From a virus (Duplodnaviria > Caudoviricetes): DNA of 48,267 bases. Below, piece by piece: positions 1 to 8,991 of this stretch. A program made the position numbers and the translations under genes. The stretch covers positions 1 through 48,267 of the IMG/VR virus record IMGVR_UViG_3300026026_000024; one strand, 5' to 3'. The notes under the pieces are model-generated. The model was not told the DNA's origin and ran no database searches. It saw only the letters and a list, made by a program, of their open reading frames with translations. How positions within the stretch are numbered: the first letter of the stretch is position 1; the number at the start of each line of letters is the position of its first letter.

Positions 1-99
1 GAGGGTTTATGCTTAAATTCCGGCCTCTGCATGATTTCAGGCAGCTTGTACTGAGCTGCATTCCATACTACATCTGCAAAATTTGCCATTTTTTATAAA
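1..99. repeat. Terminal direct repeat, left copy (identical to 48169-48267); circular-assembly overlap containing the capsid gene start
   Basis: gagggtttatgc...ttttataaa identical at both ends, 99 bp. Confidence 0.95.
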
Positions 100-142
100 T
101 TAAAATTAAAACTAAAATGGCTGCATCTTAGCCCTTAACTCC

Positions 143-1015
143 TTAAGCCTCATTCTCGGCTTCGAACTGCGCTTGTAATCGTTGACCTTCTTTTGACATG
201 GGGTCAATTTTGTTCTGCTCCATGTGTTTAAAAACATCATTTATGGTCTTGAATTTACCACTGGATTTACCAGAATCATCATCACCACCACGACCACCAC
301 CGTTTATCCAGTTGTTCTTTTTTGCGTAATCAACCAGGATAGTGTCAACAGGGATATACTTTTCAAGTGAATCCTTTAATGGTTTCCCATTATGTATCGC
401 AAATGGTTCACCGCCATCAGTGAAGTCGATTGAATAACCGTCCATTTGTAAGAGTGCTGAAAACTGATCCGCATTTACTACGTTCAGATTCTTTGGCATC
501 TTTGACAGGATAGTCTTTTGTACTTTGGTTGACTTCTCCAATCCGGTGTACTTGTCATTCCAGGATTTCAATTCATTTTCTTTTGCCTCTACAGTCTTTT
601 GAAGGTTTGTAAGACTTTCGGTTAATTCCTGGATTTTCTTGTTAGGCTCTACGCCTTTTGTTTTCTCGAAAGATTCATTTAGTGCCTTTGCTGTAGCGTC
701 AAAATCAATCTCTCCTTTGTCGTTTTTCTTAACCTTGCTTTCAAGGTCAATACTGGAAACCCTCTTTAATGCCTTAATAAGCATTTCAGAACCAGCTTCC
801 TTACCTTCAATGTAATACCCCGTTTTGTTTTCCTCTTTAACCCGATCCTTAAGCGACGAAAGTTCACTGTCAGACATGACATGAACCGTAGGTGCTTCGA
901 GTTTGTATGCTTCCTCTTTGCTCAGTGCTTCTTTGAGCAGATCAAGCGTCAATTCCTTGTCGCCGATCTTTACGCCTTTTAGCCTTCCGGCTATTAAATC
1001 AAAGTTTTCAATCAT
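143..1015 (-). CDS. Putative capsid scaffolding protein
   Basis: Charged coiled-coil protein with Gly-rich C-terminal linker, directly upstream of the major capsid gene across the circular junction. Confidence 0.65.
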   Translation of the reverse strand: MIENFDLIAGRLKGVKIGDKELTLDLLKEALSKEEAYKLEAPTVHVMSDSELSSLKDRVKEENKTGYYIEGKEAGSEMLIKALKRVSSIDLESKVKKNDKGEIDFDATAKALNESFEKTKGVEPNKKIQELTESLTNLQKTVEAKENELKSWNDKYTGLEKSTKVQKTILSKMPKNLNVVNADQFSALLQMDGYSIDFTDGGEPFAIHNGKPLKDSLEKYIPVDTILVDYAKKNNWINGGGRGGDDDSGKSSGKFKTINDVFKHMEQNKIDPMSKEGQRLQAQFEAENEA

Positions 1016-1300
1016 TTATTCTTTGTTTTGAAGTTCCGCTATTTTAGCTTCCATATCCGCCGTTTTAGCATTCTTTGCGATTGTACCTCCCAATTCTGCT
1101 ATCTGTGCGAATAATTCAGCCCTGTATTGCTTTTCATCCCGTACTTCTGATTTTGCTTCGTCAAGTTCGTAATGAAGCCCTGTTACACGGGTATCTTGGT
1201 TCATCATATCGGCATCTTTCTGGTCAATTGACACCTTGCGTATCACTGACAGAACCTTGCCCTGTTTGTCCACTTTCTGCTCCTGATAAATTTGTGGCAT
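1016..1300 (-). CDS. Small head-module protein with C-terminal HeH/LEM-like helical motif
   Basis: 94 aa; ELFAQIAELGGTIAKNAKTADMEAKI resembles HeH-type motifs; between portal and scaffold. Confidence 0.5.
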   Translation of the reverse strand: MPQIYQEQKVDKQGKVLSVIRKVSIDQKDADMMNQDTRVTGLHYELDEAKSEVRDEKQYRAELFAQIAELGGTIAKNAKTADMEAKIAELQNKE

Positions 1301-2900
1301 TTTCTTTTATTTTAGTTTCGACAAATTGTAAAAAATTATCGTGAAGTTTTTGATAATCAAGTTTCAATATTACTTCTTCGCTTAACGTAATCAACCATGC
1401 GTCATAAAAGGCACGTTTCAGATACTCTTTTAGGGGTAATGAAGTCTTTGCTTCTGCAATGGTTAAATGCCTGTAGTCGTTCGTGTAAAACAGTTTCTTT
1501 TGTATCGAAAGTGTCTTTGAATCATTGGCATACTTAGATTCATAATACTCTATCAGCGCATCATCAAGCCATTCAGTAGGTGCGCCTGATATACGTGCCG
1601 ATTCGTACCGTTTCCACAGGTCGTCAGTCTTTTCGATCATATACCTACGACCCAGGTTAATGGAGGATCCTTTATAAGTCCCCTGGTAGTGAAATTCACC
1701 GATAAAATCAGTGATATACTTTTCGGTTTCCTCTACCCAATCAGCATAATCGTTCAATGTATCATTTACGGGTTGTGAATCAATAAAAGCACCTGTAGCT
1801 GTTTCATTGTCTGCTTTTTCACGGGTATATGATCCTAAGATAGAATACTGAATAAGTTTTTCAAGCCATTCAAGTTCTGTTCTGAATTCCCGCCATGTTT
1901 CAAGGTCTGGTTGAACATAACCAGCAATATCCGGTACGAGTTTAGGTTCATCGTTGGTTGTAGGAGGTACTATACCAATAACATCGGAAACGTCTTTCTT
2001 AATATAATATCCAGTTCCCTTACATTCCCTGCATACGTGGCCTTCTATCAATCCCGTTCCGTCACACGTCTTACATTTAGCCGTTAACATTTTCCACATT
2101 ATAGGAAAGCCATGAGCAAACTCATACACGTTCTTAACAGAGTTTGTTCTTAGGTATTTATCGGCGAGTTCTGCAGCTATAGAAAACCGTGATTCGTACA
2201 GGTCTAAATTGTCATGAAATAAATCACCGATAACAAAACCGGGTACACGGCCCCATACATTGTCAAATGTCTGAGGTATTCCATTAAGTTCTTCGATGAT
2301 TTCAATATGGTCATTTATAAGTTTAACCATGTAGTCTTTTGCATCATCATACACCCTGAACCATTCAGCATCGTCCGTTTTCGGTAGTTTAAAGATGACA
2401 TACTCAAGTTTACGCCCGTTACGCTGGTAGTCATGGATTGTATTGATAGATTTGTACGTTGGATAACATATAAGGCCTTCTTTACCTTCTTTGTTTTCAA
2501 TCAGGATAACTCCGTTCGGGTCAGTAAGATACTTGTTTAATGCTTTATTCTGTATCCATTTACGGATCGGAACACCTTTAACATCCTTAAGTAAGTTTCT
2601 GAACTCGTCCTGTTTCGTGTCGGTAAGTTCGTAGTACGTCGATCCGCCTTTAGCAGAGAATACCTTGTTAATCACACGAATGATTGAGGAAAACAGATGC
2701 TTGTTTGAAATAGATGTATTCTTCCTTAATACAAGTTGATCAGAGTTCTCAAAGTTTGATATTTCACGTATGTATTCAATGACATTGTTTCCATTAACGT
2801 GCATATCCAGCTTTTTATGAGATTCGCACGCTTTTTCAATAAGCTCTTTTGAGGAAGGCTCTTTAATAAATTGTAGAATCTGACCTGTTGTAAGGATCAT
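1224..2900 (-). CDS. Portal protein with inserted DnaJ-type zinc finger
   Basis: 558 aa downstream of terL; CKTCDGTG...CRECKGTG. Confidence 0.75.
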   Translation of the reverse strand: MILTTGQILQFIKEPSSKELIEKACESHKKLDMHVNGNNVIEYIREISNFENSDQLVLRKNTSISNKHLFSSIIRVINKVFSAKGGSTYYELTDTKQDEFRNLLKDVKGVPIRKWIQNKALNKYLTDPNGVILIENKEGKEGLICYPTYKSINTIHDYQRNGRKLEYVIFKLPKTDDAEWFRVYDDAKDYMVKLINDHIEIIEELNGIPQTFDNVWGRVPGFVIGDLFHDNLDLYESRFSIAAELADKYLRTNSVKNVYEFAHGFPIMWKMLTAKCKTCDGTGLIEGHVCRECKGTGYYIKKDVSDVIGIVPPTTNDEPKLVPDIAGYVQPDLETWREFRTELEWLEKLIQYSILGSYTREKADNETATGAFIDSQPVNDTLNDYADWVEETEKYITDFIGEFHYQGTYKGSSINLGRRYMIEKTDDLWKRYESARISGAPTEWLDDALIEYYESKYANDSKTLSIQKKLFYTNDYRHLTIAEAKTSLPLKEYLKRAFYDAWLITLSEEVILKLDYQKLHDNFLQFVETKIKENATNLSGAESGQTGQGSVSDTQGVN

Positions 2901-2989
2901 TTTAGCTAAAAATGTTAGGCTAATATATACAATACAACAATCGACTTTTGAAAGTTAGCCTTGCATATATGTTTTACATCGTAAAATAC

Positions 2990-3223
2990 CTAACCGTTAC
3001 CCTTTATTTCCTGTATCGGTTTACCACGTTTTTTATTTGGGATGTGTTCGGCGTCTATGTTTACAACAAAGTGCCGGATAGTAAAAGTAGTTGAATGATT
3101 CAGTTTAGCCTTGTCAATCAGCTTATAAAGATCGTAAGTATATATCCCGATCATGTCAGAAGCGCACGTAAGGCAGCACGTTACTACCTTTCCTGTTTTC
3201 TCGTTTGTTACTGCGACTGTCAT
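2990..3223 (-). CDS. Hypothetical protein (NUMOD1/HTH-like)
   Basis: 77-aa ORF coupled to the terL stop. Confidence 0.5.
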   Translation of the reverse strand: MTVAVTNEKTGKVVTCCLTCASDMIGIYTYDLYKLIDKAKLNHSTTFTIRHFVVNIDAEHIPNKKRGKPIQEIKGNG

Positions 3224-4590
3224 ATACTTATTACCCTTATTCCGCTATGTAATTCGAACCACATCCGCATAAGAAGCATATCCATGTAGTCGGGTGAATG
3301 TCCTAATAGTTCCTTCATCTTATCTTTTGTAATGAGTTTCTTTTTATCGGTGTTCACATTATCCCTTTTCAAACATATACTAAGTTCTTTGCGTATTTCT
3401 TCCTGTTGCGCCGGAGTGCATATAATATGTATCTGCCCGTTATTGATCATTTCAGCCAGCTTAAACCCACACTCGTCTTTTATGTTACCAAACTCAACCG
3501 GATGCACCGCCCTTGCATTACCGTGAAACGTTCTTATGTTTTGAATATAAGCCGATAGGTAAGCACCAAGCCCGTCACTGTCTGCTATTATATTCGTGTT
3601 TCCTACTGCTTTAGCGTTCTTAAGCTCTGTTAAACTTTGTTCAATTATTTTACCGTCACTCTTTTTCATGTCAATAGATACAGTACACTGTAATCCATCC
3701 CAGTATCCAGCCACAAACTTGTCACGGCCCTGCATGGCTAAGTCAGCACTTATGTAACGTTGCCCTGGTTTTATGTGTGTGTTTGTAAATAGATTAATCA
3801 GTGAGTTATAGTCTACAAGTGCGGAGGGATCGTCGTCATATTCAAAGTTGCCATATAAAAGCCGTTGTTTTGTTACTTCGTCCGCTGTAGCCAAGTTATC
3901 AAAGAATGACTGAGGTACATGGGGATTGTCTGAGGGAAGTGCAGCGACAAACTTCTTATGTTCAGATAAATTACCTGTTATTGACGGTTTAACAAAGTCT
4001 GTATATATCCACGTTTTAGCAGGGTTACAGGTATATAAAACCTTGGGGACCGTCTTCCAGTCTTTTCCCTCTGTAACCGAGAACCTACCTTTTAACACCT
4101 GAGGAGCCTTGTAATGTATCTGTTGGGCTTCATCCAGAAAAGCATCCGTGAGGTCGTATGATCCTAACCTGTCAAACTCCGGATCAGAAGGCATGAACTT
4201 TATTTCCCGGAAGAATATCCTTGATCCGTTTTCAAACTCAAACTTAAAATCTTGGGCATTGTACCGATAATCTATATCCTTAGTAAGTCCGTAAAACTTT
4301 AACCGGTGAAAGAAGGTGAGTAATGTAGTATCTTTTAGTTTAGTCAACTCCTCACGGCCAATAAGTGAATAACTTTCAGGCATTGACAGCCTTCTGAATA
4401 TCTGCCAGTCGCAACCAAGAACGGACTTACCTGACCTGGCAGACCCTCCGTAAAGCACTTCATTTACTACATCATCTTCCAATAACGACAAAGCCTCTTT
4501 CTGTTTAGGGAATAGAGGCATCATTTCAAAGTCTTTAGCTTTGTATAATTTTATCAGGTCTATTGTGTCATTTAATGGATCACTGAGCAT
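3220..4590 (-). CDS. terL: Terminase large subunit
   Basis: Walker A YGGSARSGKS, Walker B FLDEAQQ, coupling motif YTCNP, RNaseH-like ISADLA and SPDYMD. Confidence 0.93.
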   Translation of the reverse strand: MLSDPLNDTIDLIKLYKAKDFEMMPLFPKQKEALSLLEDDVVNEVLYGGSARSGKSVLGCDWQIFRRLSMPESYSLIGREELTKLKDTTLLTFFHRLKFYGLTKDIDYRYNAQDFKFEFENGSRIFFREIKFMPSDPEFDRLGSYDLTDAFLDEAQQIHYKAPQVLKGRFSVTEGKDWKTVPKVLYTCNPAKTWIYTDFVKPSITGNLSEHKKFVAALPSDNPHVPQSFFDNLATADEVTKQRLLYGNFEYDDDPSALVDYNSLINLFTNTHIKPGQRYISADLAMQGRDKFVAGYWDGLQCTVSIDMKKSDGKIIEQSLTELKNAKAVGNTNIIADSDGLGAYLSAYIQNIRTFHGNARAVHPVEFGNIKDECGFKLAEMINNGQIHIICTPAQQEEIRKELSICLKRDNVNTDKKKLITKDKMKELLGHSPDYMDMLLMRMWFELHSGIRVISI

Positions 4591-5071
4591 CTTTACTTAA
4601 TTCTCTTTTAAGACGTACTCTCTCTTTTAGTTCCTCAATGGTTAATTCGTGGTTTATTGATTCGCCCTTTGTGGTTACGTCATGTTCTGTCTTGTCAATC
4701 CAACCCATATTTTTAAGGGCAAAAATAGCACCTATCGTATTACCTATTTGAAGTTGTTCCTCGTATTCCTGTTCGATAAATAACCTGGCTCTTTTTATAG
4801 TGTAACAAAACCCTTCTCTTTGTTCGTAAGCGTAAAAAGATTGCCTGCTTTCAAATCCTATAAAATAACACAATCCTGTTATTGTGGGAATGGGTACTTG
4901 TATTACTTGTTTATTTGATCCCTTACCTACAACGATAGACTTTTTCTTTATTCCGCTATTAAAATATCTATCAATAGCCTCTTGAAGCTCTTCAGGAGAA
5001 TTGAATATCGGAGGTCTACCACCCTTGTTAGGTTGTTTATCCGTTAATCCTGTTTTCTTATCTCGTGCCAT
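4580..5071 (-). CDS. terS: Terminase small subunit (P22 gp3-like DNA-packaging family)
   Basis: GGRPPIFNSPEEL...PTITGLCYFIGF...GAIFALKNMGWID; directly upstream of terL; start placed at MARDKK. Confidence 0.85.
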   Translation of the reverse strand: MARDKKTGLTDKQPNKGGRPPIFNSPEELQEAIDRYFNSGIKKKSIVVGKGSNKQVIQVPIPTITGLCYFIGFESRQSFYAYEQREGFCYTIKRARLFIEQEYEEQLQIGNTIGAIFALKNMGWIDKTEHDVTTKGESINHELTIEELKERVRLKRELSKDAQ

Positions 5072-5246
5072 GTTGTAATATATTATTAACTTCTTCAACT
5101 ATTTCCCTGCCATCGTAGGAATTATGAATTACTATCATATCACCGGTTTCAATAACCTTAACAGTTGGAATACATTCGCACGTGCTTTTATCAATGTGAT
5201 CCTTTAAGTCATTAACCGGTAAAATGTGATATATCATATCTTTCAT
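5058..5246 (-). CDS. Hypothetical His/Cys-motif protein
   Basis: HILPVNDLKDH...CECIP...HNSYDGRE. Confidence 0.6.
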   Translation of the reverse strand: MKDMIYHILPVNDLKDHIDKSTCECIPTVKVIETGDMIVIHNSYDGREIVEEVNNILQHGTR

Positions 5247-5404
5247 CTGAAACACTTTAAATACATTTTAACCAAATGTTCATTTTTGAAGTTATCGAAC
5301 TTACGGTTTACACCTTTAACCAGGAACACGGGGAATAAAGCTATTTTAATCACTATACAAGTAGTGGTTAATAGGAATAATCCGAATAGCTTTAAGCGTG
5401 TCAT
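5243..5404 (-). CDS. Small hydrophobic protein (53 aa; not in ORF track)
   Basis: Hand translation MTRLKLFGLFLLTTTCIVIKIALFPVFLVKG...; ATGA-coupled to the upstream gene. Confidence 0.45.
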   Translation of the reverse strand: MTRLKLFGLFLLTTTCIVIKIALFPVFLVKGVNRKFDNFKNEHLVKMYLKCFR

Positions 5405-5829
5405 TTCATCTTTACCCTCATGGCTTCTTCACACTCGGCGGAAATATCTTCAGTTTTGTTAAATAAGTTATTTTCAATCATTTCATTTTTCATTTTATAA
5501 ATTTCATCGGTGATGTAACCGATTAAATAAGCATATGACTCACCGCTATCATAAACTAAACCAATACCAATACGCCTGAAAAGGAATTCAACGGCGTGGA
5601 ATATTTCATGTGCAATTGTTTTTGGTGTTGTATCGTTAAACAGGATTGCAGTCTGCCCACCCGAAAACATTAAAGTTCTGGCTTCATATGTGCCTTCAAA
5701 TTGTTTTACTTCTGGACATATAACATTCGGAAGCCTATCTGTTAAGTATTTAGAGAAAGATTCATATTCTTCATTGATTCCTACAACAAGGTCAAATGGA
5801 TATACATGATATTTGATTCGTTTTATCAT
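5401..5829 (-). CDS. HExxH (zincin-like) hypothetical protein
   Basis: TIAHEIFHAV...GESYAYLIGY. Confidence 0.6.
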   Translation of the reverse strand: MIKRIKYHVYPFDLVVGINEEYESFSKYLTDRLPNVICPEVKQFEGTYEARTLMFSGGQTAILFNDTTPKTIAHEIFHAVEFLFRRIGIGLVYDSGESYAYLIGYITDEIYKMKNEMIENNLFNKTEDISAECEEAMRVKMK

Positions 5830-6079
5830 CTCAATGCTTTTTTAATTGCGTCATATACTGTGCCGATAATTGCAATGGCTATACAAGCGATAACGACAAA
5901 TGATAGGATTTTAAGTATTATCATTGGTTTGGTATTAATTTGCACTCGTCACCTTCATCCAGTCGGGCATAGGTTTAACTTTCACGGATTCGATTTCAGC
6001 TCTTTTTATGGCTATATTATTAGTAACGTTTTCAATAGCATTTTGATGTTTTCAAATATCCGGTTAAATTCTGAATCGG

Positions 6080-6472
6080 TCATTTTAACGATAATTTAGG
6101 TTTATCGGTTAATTCAAGCTCTGTTCCGGTTAAAGCAAAGTAAAGGTTTTGGAGTTGGTGGACGTATTCAATATAAACAGCGGTATATTCATTCTCAAAG
6201 TATACGCAATAATAATTTCCCCCTGTATTGGTTTTGGAAAGTGAAAAATACTCAATATCATGAAAAAGGTAATCGCCAGTAAACCCGAACTTCAATAACC
6301 ATTCTTCGGTAAGTGGTATGGGTTCAATAGTATCCATGAGTAATTGCGAACACTCAACCTCGTAAAAATCTGACAAACTCCATTCGAATACATCACCTGG
6401 GCAATGGCATGTACTTACTCCAGTTTCCGATTGTTTGACATAATTCCCTATTCTCAATTCATTTGCTTTCAT
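6080..6472 (-). CDS. Bacteroidota-phage hypothetical protein
   Basis: MKANELRIGNYV...PIPLTEEWLLKFGF...YVHQLQNLYFALTGTEL. Confidence 0.75.
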   Translation of the reverse strand: MKANELRIGNYVKQSETGVSTCHCPGDVFEWSLSDFYEVECSQLLMDTIEPIPLTEEWLLKFGFTGDYLFHDIEYFSLSKTNTGGNYYCVYFENEYTAVYIEYVHQLQNLYFALTGTELELTDKPKLSLK

Positions 6473-6496
6473 GTGGTTAAATTTAAAAGCGTTAAA

Positions 6497-6504
6497 CAAA
6501 TATA
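6497..6504 (-). promoter_or_regulatory. Bacteroidota sigma-A -7 element (TATATTTG) for the leftward operon
   Basis: Reverse complement aatgtgTATATTTGtttaac about 25 bp upstream of the 6472 ATG. Confidence 0.55.
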
Positions 6505-6554
6505 CACATTTTTATAATCCGAAGGTTAGATTTTTATTAACATTTTTCAATACC

Positions 6555-6700
6555 TACTTTAATCTCATATATCCAAGTGTTATTTATGCCTCCAGTTAAA
6601 GTCTTCACTATCCATTTGCGCAACTTCAATATCAAAGTGTTTTTTGATATATTCCATTTTAGCGTTTTCTGGGCCTATATCAACACATCTGCCCCTTGGT
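6555..6700 (-). pseudogene. Internally deleted remnant of the methyltransferase gene at 7860-8438
   Basis: 6555-6584 equals 7866-7895 exactly; 6586-6700 matches 8211-8325 with 7 mismatches. Confidence 0.85.
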
Positions 6701-6705
6701 AATTC

Positions 6706-6811
6706 TTATTTAGAATAATTCCAACTTACCAAAACATGACAAAAGTCATATATTAAGATGTAACAAACCTGTATATTTGACAGTATAAAATACAAACAAA
6801 CAATGACAACA
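6706..6811 (+). promoter_or_regulatory. Early promoter/operator module, copy 1
   Basis: TATATTTG -7 box, ATGAC-AAAA-GTCAT palindrome; ~89% identical to the reverse complement of 27038-27143. Confidence 0.75.
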
Positions 6812-7096
6812 GAAACCATGAAAGTAACAATAAAAACAAACAAAGGGAGATCAAACGAAGAAGTATTTACGTTTGACGTACAATTCGAAGGATCAGAAAA
6901 ACAAATTGAATTTGCATGCGACATTTTTGCTACAGTAATTAGTGGGTTATGTGACATGGTTGCAGGTAAGATGGATAACGAAAAAGTAAAAGCACAGTAC
7001 GATATGATCGTTGCTAAATTATTAACTCAGACAAGTGCTAAATTTTGGATTGAAAATCGCGGATTAAATTTTCAGGCAATTTACAAATCATTATAA
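6803..7096 (+). CDS. Hypothetical early protein
   Basis: 97 aa behind a promoter; EGSEKQIEFA...TSAKFWIENR motif. Confidence 0.8.
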   Translation: MTTETMKVTIKTNKGRSNEEVFTFDVQFEGSEKQIEFACDIFATVISGLCDMVAGKMDNEKVKAQYDMIVAKLLTQTSAKFWIENRGLNFQAIYKSL

Positions 7097-7107
7097 AACT
7101 TACTACA

Positions 7108-7377
7108 ATGAAAACTTACAATGTAACAGCAAGCGCAGAAAGAGAACCAAAATTAGAAGTAATGTTCGCTTTTAATGGTCAATTTGGAATTGAAACTACT
7201 CATGATTTTTCAGAAGCCTCGTTATTTTCAGAAGCTGTAAAATTAAATGTAAAAGTAAGCCATATGTTCCCCGGTACGACTGATGAATGGAACAGGCATA
7301 TTGATTATTGCATAACTGAAGAATTAAAAAAAGAAGGCATAACTTATACCAATGACTACGGCACATTTTTAAAATAA
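7108..7377 (+). CDS. Hypothetical early protein
   Basis: 89-aa ORF with AT-rich leader. Confidence 0.75.
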   Translation: MKTYNVTASAEREPKLEVMFAFNGQFGIETTHDFSEASLFSEAVKLNVKVSHMFPGTTDEWNRHIDYCITEELKKEGITYTNDYGTFLK

Positions 7378-7449
7378 CCCCGTCGCAGTTCCGTCGTAAG
7401 TCTTTTACGGGCCACCCCTACTTCCGAAAGGATTAGGGGTTTTGGCGGC
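7378..7449 (+). terminator. Multi-stem GC-rich RNA element ending in a terminator-like hairpin
   Basis: ACCCCTAcTTCC-GAAA-GGAtTAGGGGT-TTT, plus CGTAAG/TTTACG and GTCGC/GCGGC stems. Confidence 0.55.
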
Positions 7450-7462
7450 AAAAACATCAACC

Positions 7463-7555
7463 ATGCGACGGTTACCAAAATATTACATGGCCTTTCAATT
7501 CTTTTTATTAGTATTGATCATTATTTTAATCTTAATCTACAAGTATGCAAGCTGA
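7463..7555 (+). CDS. 30-aa single-TM peptide
   Basis: MRRLPKYYMAFQFFLLVLIIILILIYKYAS. Confidence 0.5.
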   Translation: MRRLPKYYMAFQFFLLVLIIILILIYKYAS

Positions 7556-7754
7556 AAAACTCATAAACTGATCTGAGTTATCCCGTATACTCGTACATGA
7601 TCGTAACTGTATACGATCAAACAAGATACCTTTAAAGCATCAGGAAAATGTCAAAGAACTATTGTCACTGATTGAAAACTGGAATGCCAGACGGTTAAAA
7701 AAAATGCCGACGGTTAAGAAAAATACCCCTACGGTTACCAAATTTCCGGAATAA
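7545..7754 (+). pseudogene. 69-codon ORF interrupted by an in-frame TGA at 7569-7571
   Basis: MQAEKLIN*SELSRILVHDRNCIRSNKIPLKHQENVKELLSLIENW...; frame stays open for 60 more codons. Confidence 0.5.
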
Positions 7755-7795
7755 ACATTGCAACGGTTACCAAAATTGTTGCGACGGTTGAAATT
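7691..7795 (+). repeat. Phased ACGGTT + A-tract repeats (iteron-like)
   Basis: ACGGTT at 7691, 7710, 7731, 7763, 7784; a further ACGGTTACCAAA at 7468. Confidence 0.6.
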
Positions 7796-7859
7796 TTCAG
7801 TTTATTAACTTTGTATGTTACATTTTGTAATATCATATTTGTTTTCATGGTTAATTGGG

Positions 7860-8438
7860 TTAATTTACTTTAATCTCATATATCCAAGTGTTATTCGTGA
7901 ACAGCCTGATTATTGGCCTTATACCAAAATGACGTAATGACGGGGTAATCCTTAACCGTTGTTTCCTGACAATCCGAAGTCCGAGCGGTTCAAGTATCCA
8001 CTTTTGCAGCCTTTTAGGTGACATTTCAATGAAATGCTTATCAGTCCACAGCCATTGAATACGGCCTGGTGTGCTTAGATATAACGTTCCACCCGATGGC
8101 CTTATCAGTGATTTAACCTCACGCATAAAGAAAAGCGGGTTTTGCAGGTGTTCGAGTATCTCAAAACAAAAAACGGTTTGAAAGGTATGACCATAGTTGT
8201 CGGAGTAGATATGCCGCCAGTTAAAATCTTCACTGTCCATTTGCACAACTTCAATATCAAAGTGTTTTTTGATATATTCCATTTTAGCGTTTTCTGGGCC
8301 TATATCGACACATCTGCCCTTCGGTGATATAAACTCACAGTAACGCTTAAATAACTTCACGTCGTTATAAAAAAGTGTCTTAGTTTCGCATTTTCCAGGA
8401 TTCATATTCAGACAGGATAAAGTTTTTAAAATCTTCAA
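7860..8438 (-). CDS. Class I SAM-dependent methyltransferase (Methyltransf_23-like)
   Basis: CVDIG, FQTVFCFEILEHLQNP, LIRPSGGTLYLSTP; true start may be 8405. Confidence 0.75.
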   Translation of the reverse strand: MKILKTLSCLNMNPGKCETKTLFYNDVKLFKRYCEFISPKGRCVDIGPENAKMEYIKKHFDIEVVQMDSEDFNWRHIYSDNYGHTFQTVFCFEILEHLQNPLFFMREVKSLIRPSGGTLYLSTPGRIQWLWTDKHFIEMSPKRLQKWILEPLGLRIVRKQRLRITPSLRHFGIRPIIRLFTNNTWIYEIKVN

Positions 8439-8988
8439 ATTTAGGATCGAGGTGTCCCTCGTTCATTTTGTCACACCACATATAAGGAATATCATTTAAC
8501 TGACACTCTAAAACCATGCGCGGCATACCGTCCCAATTATTAGGCCGAATGTAACAATCCACGTATGGGTAAATGGTTCGCATATCCGTTGTACCGTCTG
8601 TCTCGATAAAGGTTATAAGAGGAAAATACTTGAAATAATCTTTTAAATCGGTGAATATCTCATAACCGTAATACCAGTCAATATACTTTTGACCTCCAAG
8701 GTTTACGGGTTTCGGCCTGTAGTATAACACGTTAAACTTTTCGTGCCTTTTCTTTTCTACCTTGTCGGGGTACATCGGTGGATCAACTACCAACTTGGCA
8801 TTTATGTTGAACAGTTCAAGGTACACGTTAAGATTCTTGTGTACGGACCAGTGTTCAAACCTACCCCTTAACAGTTTCCACTTTATCCGGTAAAGAAAAA
8901 GTTTGATATGCCATAGCTTACTACTCGAAGGGGGATTGTTAACAAGCGTTAAAGCGTCGGTTCCGAGCCACCAGCAAATTAGTTTCAT
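8380..8988 (-). CDS. Glycosyltransferase-like protein (GT-B/GT4 nucleotide-sugar-binding half)
   Basis: YPYVDCYIRPNNWDGMPRMVLECQLNDIP resembles the D..v.PS..EgfP..vlEA...G.P motif. Confidence 0.6.
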   Translation of the reverse strand: MKLICWWLGTDALTLVNNPPSSSKLWHIKLFLYRIKWKLLRGRFEHWSVHKNLNVYLELFNINAKLVVDPPMYPDKVEKKRHEKFNVLYYRPKPVNLGGQKYIDWYYGYEIFTDLKDYFKYFPLITFIETDGTTDMRTIYPYVDCYIRPNNWDGMPRMVLECQLNDIPYMWCDKMNEGHLDPKFEDFKNFILSEYESWKMRN

Positions 8989-8991
8989 ATA

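Noticed and set aside
1-99. Biological terminal repeat (DTR packaging)
   Set aside because: Exactly 99 bp cutting through the capsid gene start, typical of an assembler k-mer overlap on a circular contig
5935-6083. Small ORF apparently broken by a 1-nt deletion in an A-run
   Set aside because: Too short and without recognisable homology to support a call
6555-8325. Repeat pair as a DGR template/variable repeat
   Set aside because: Mismatches are not adenine-specific on either strand, are mostly synonymous, and no reverse transcriptase gene is present
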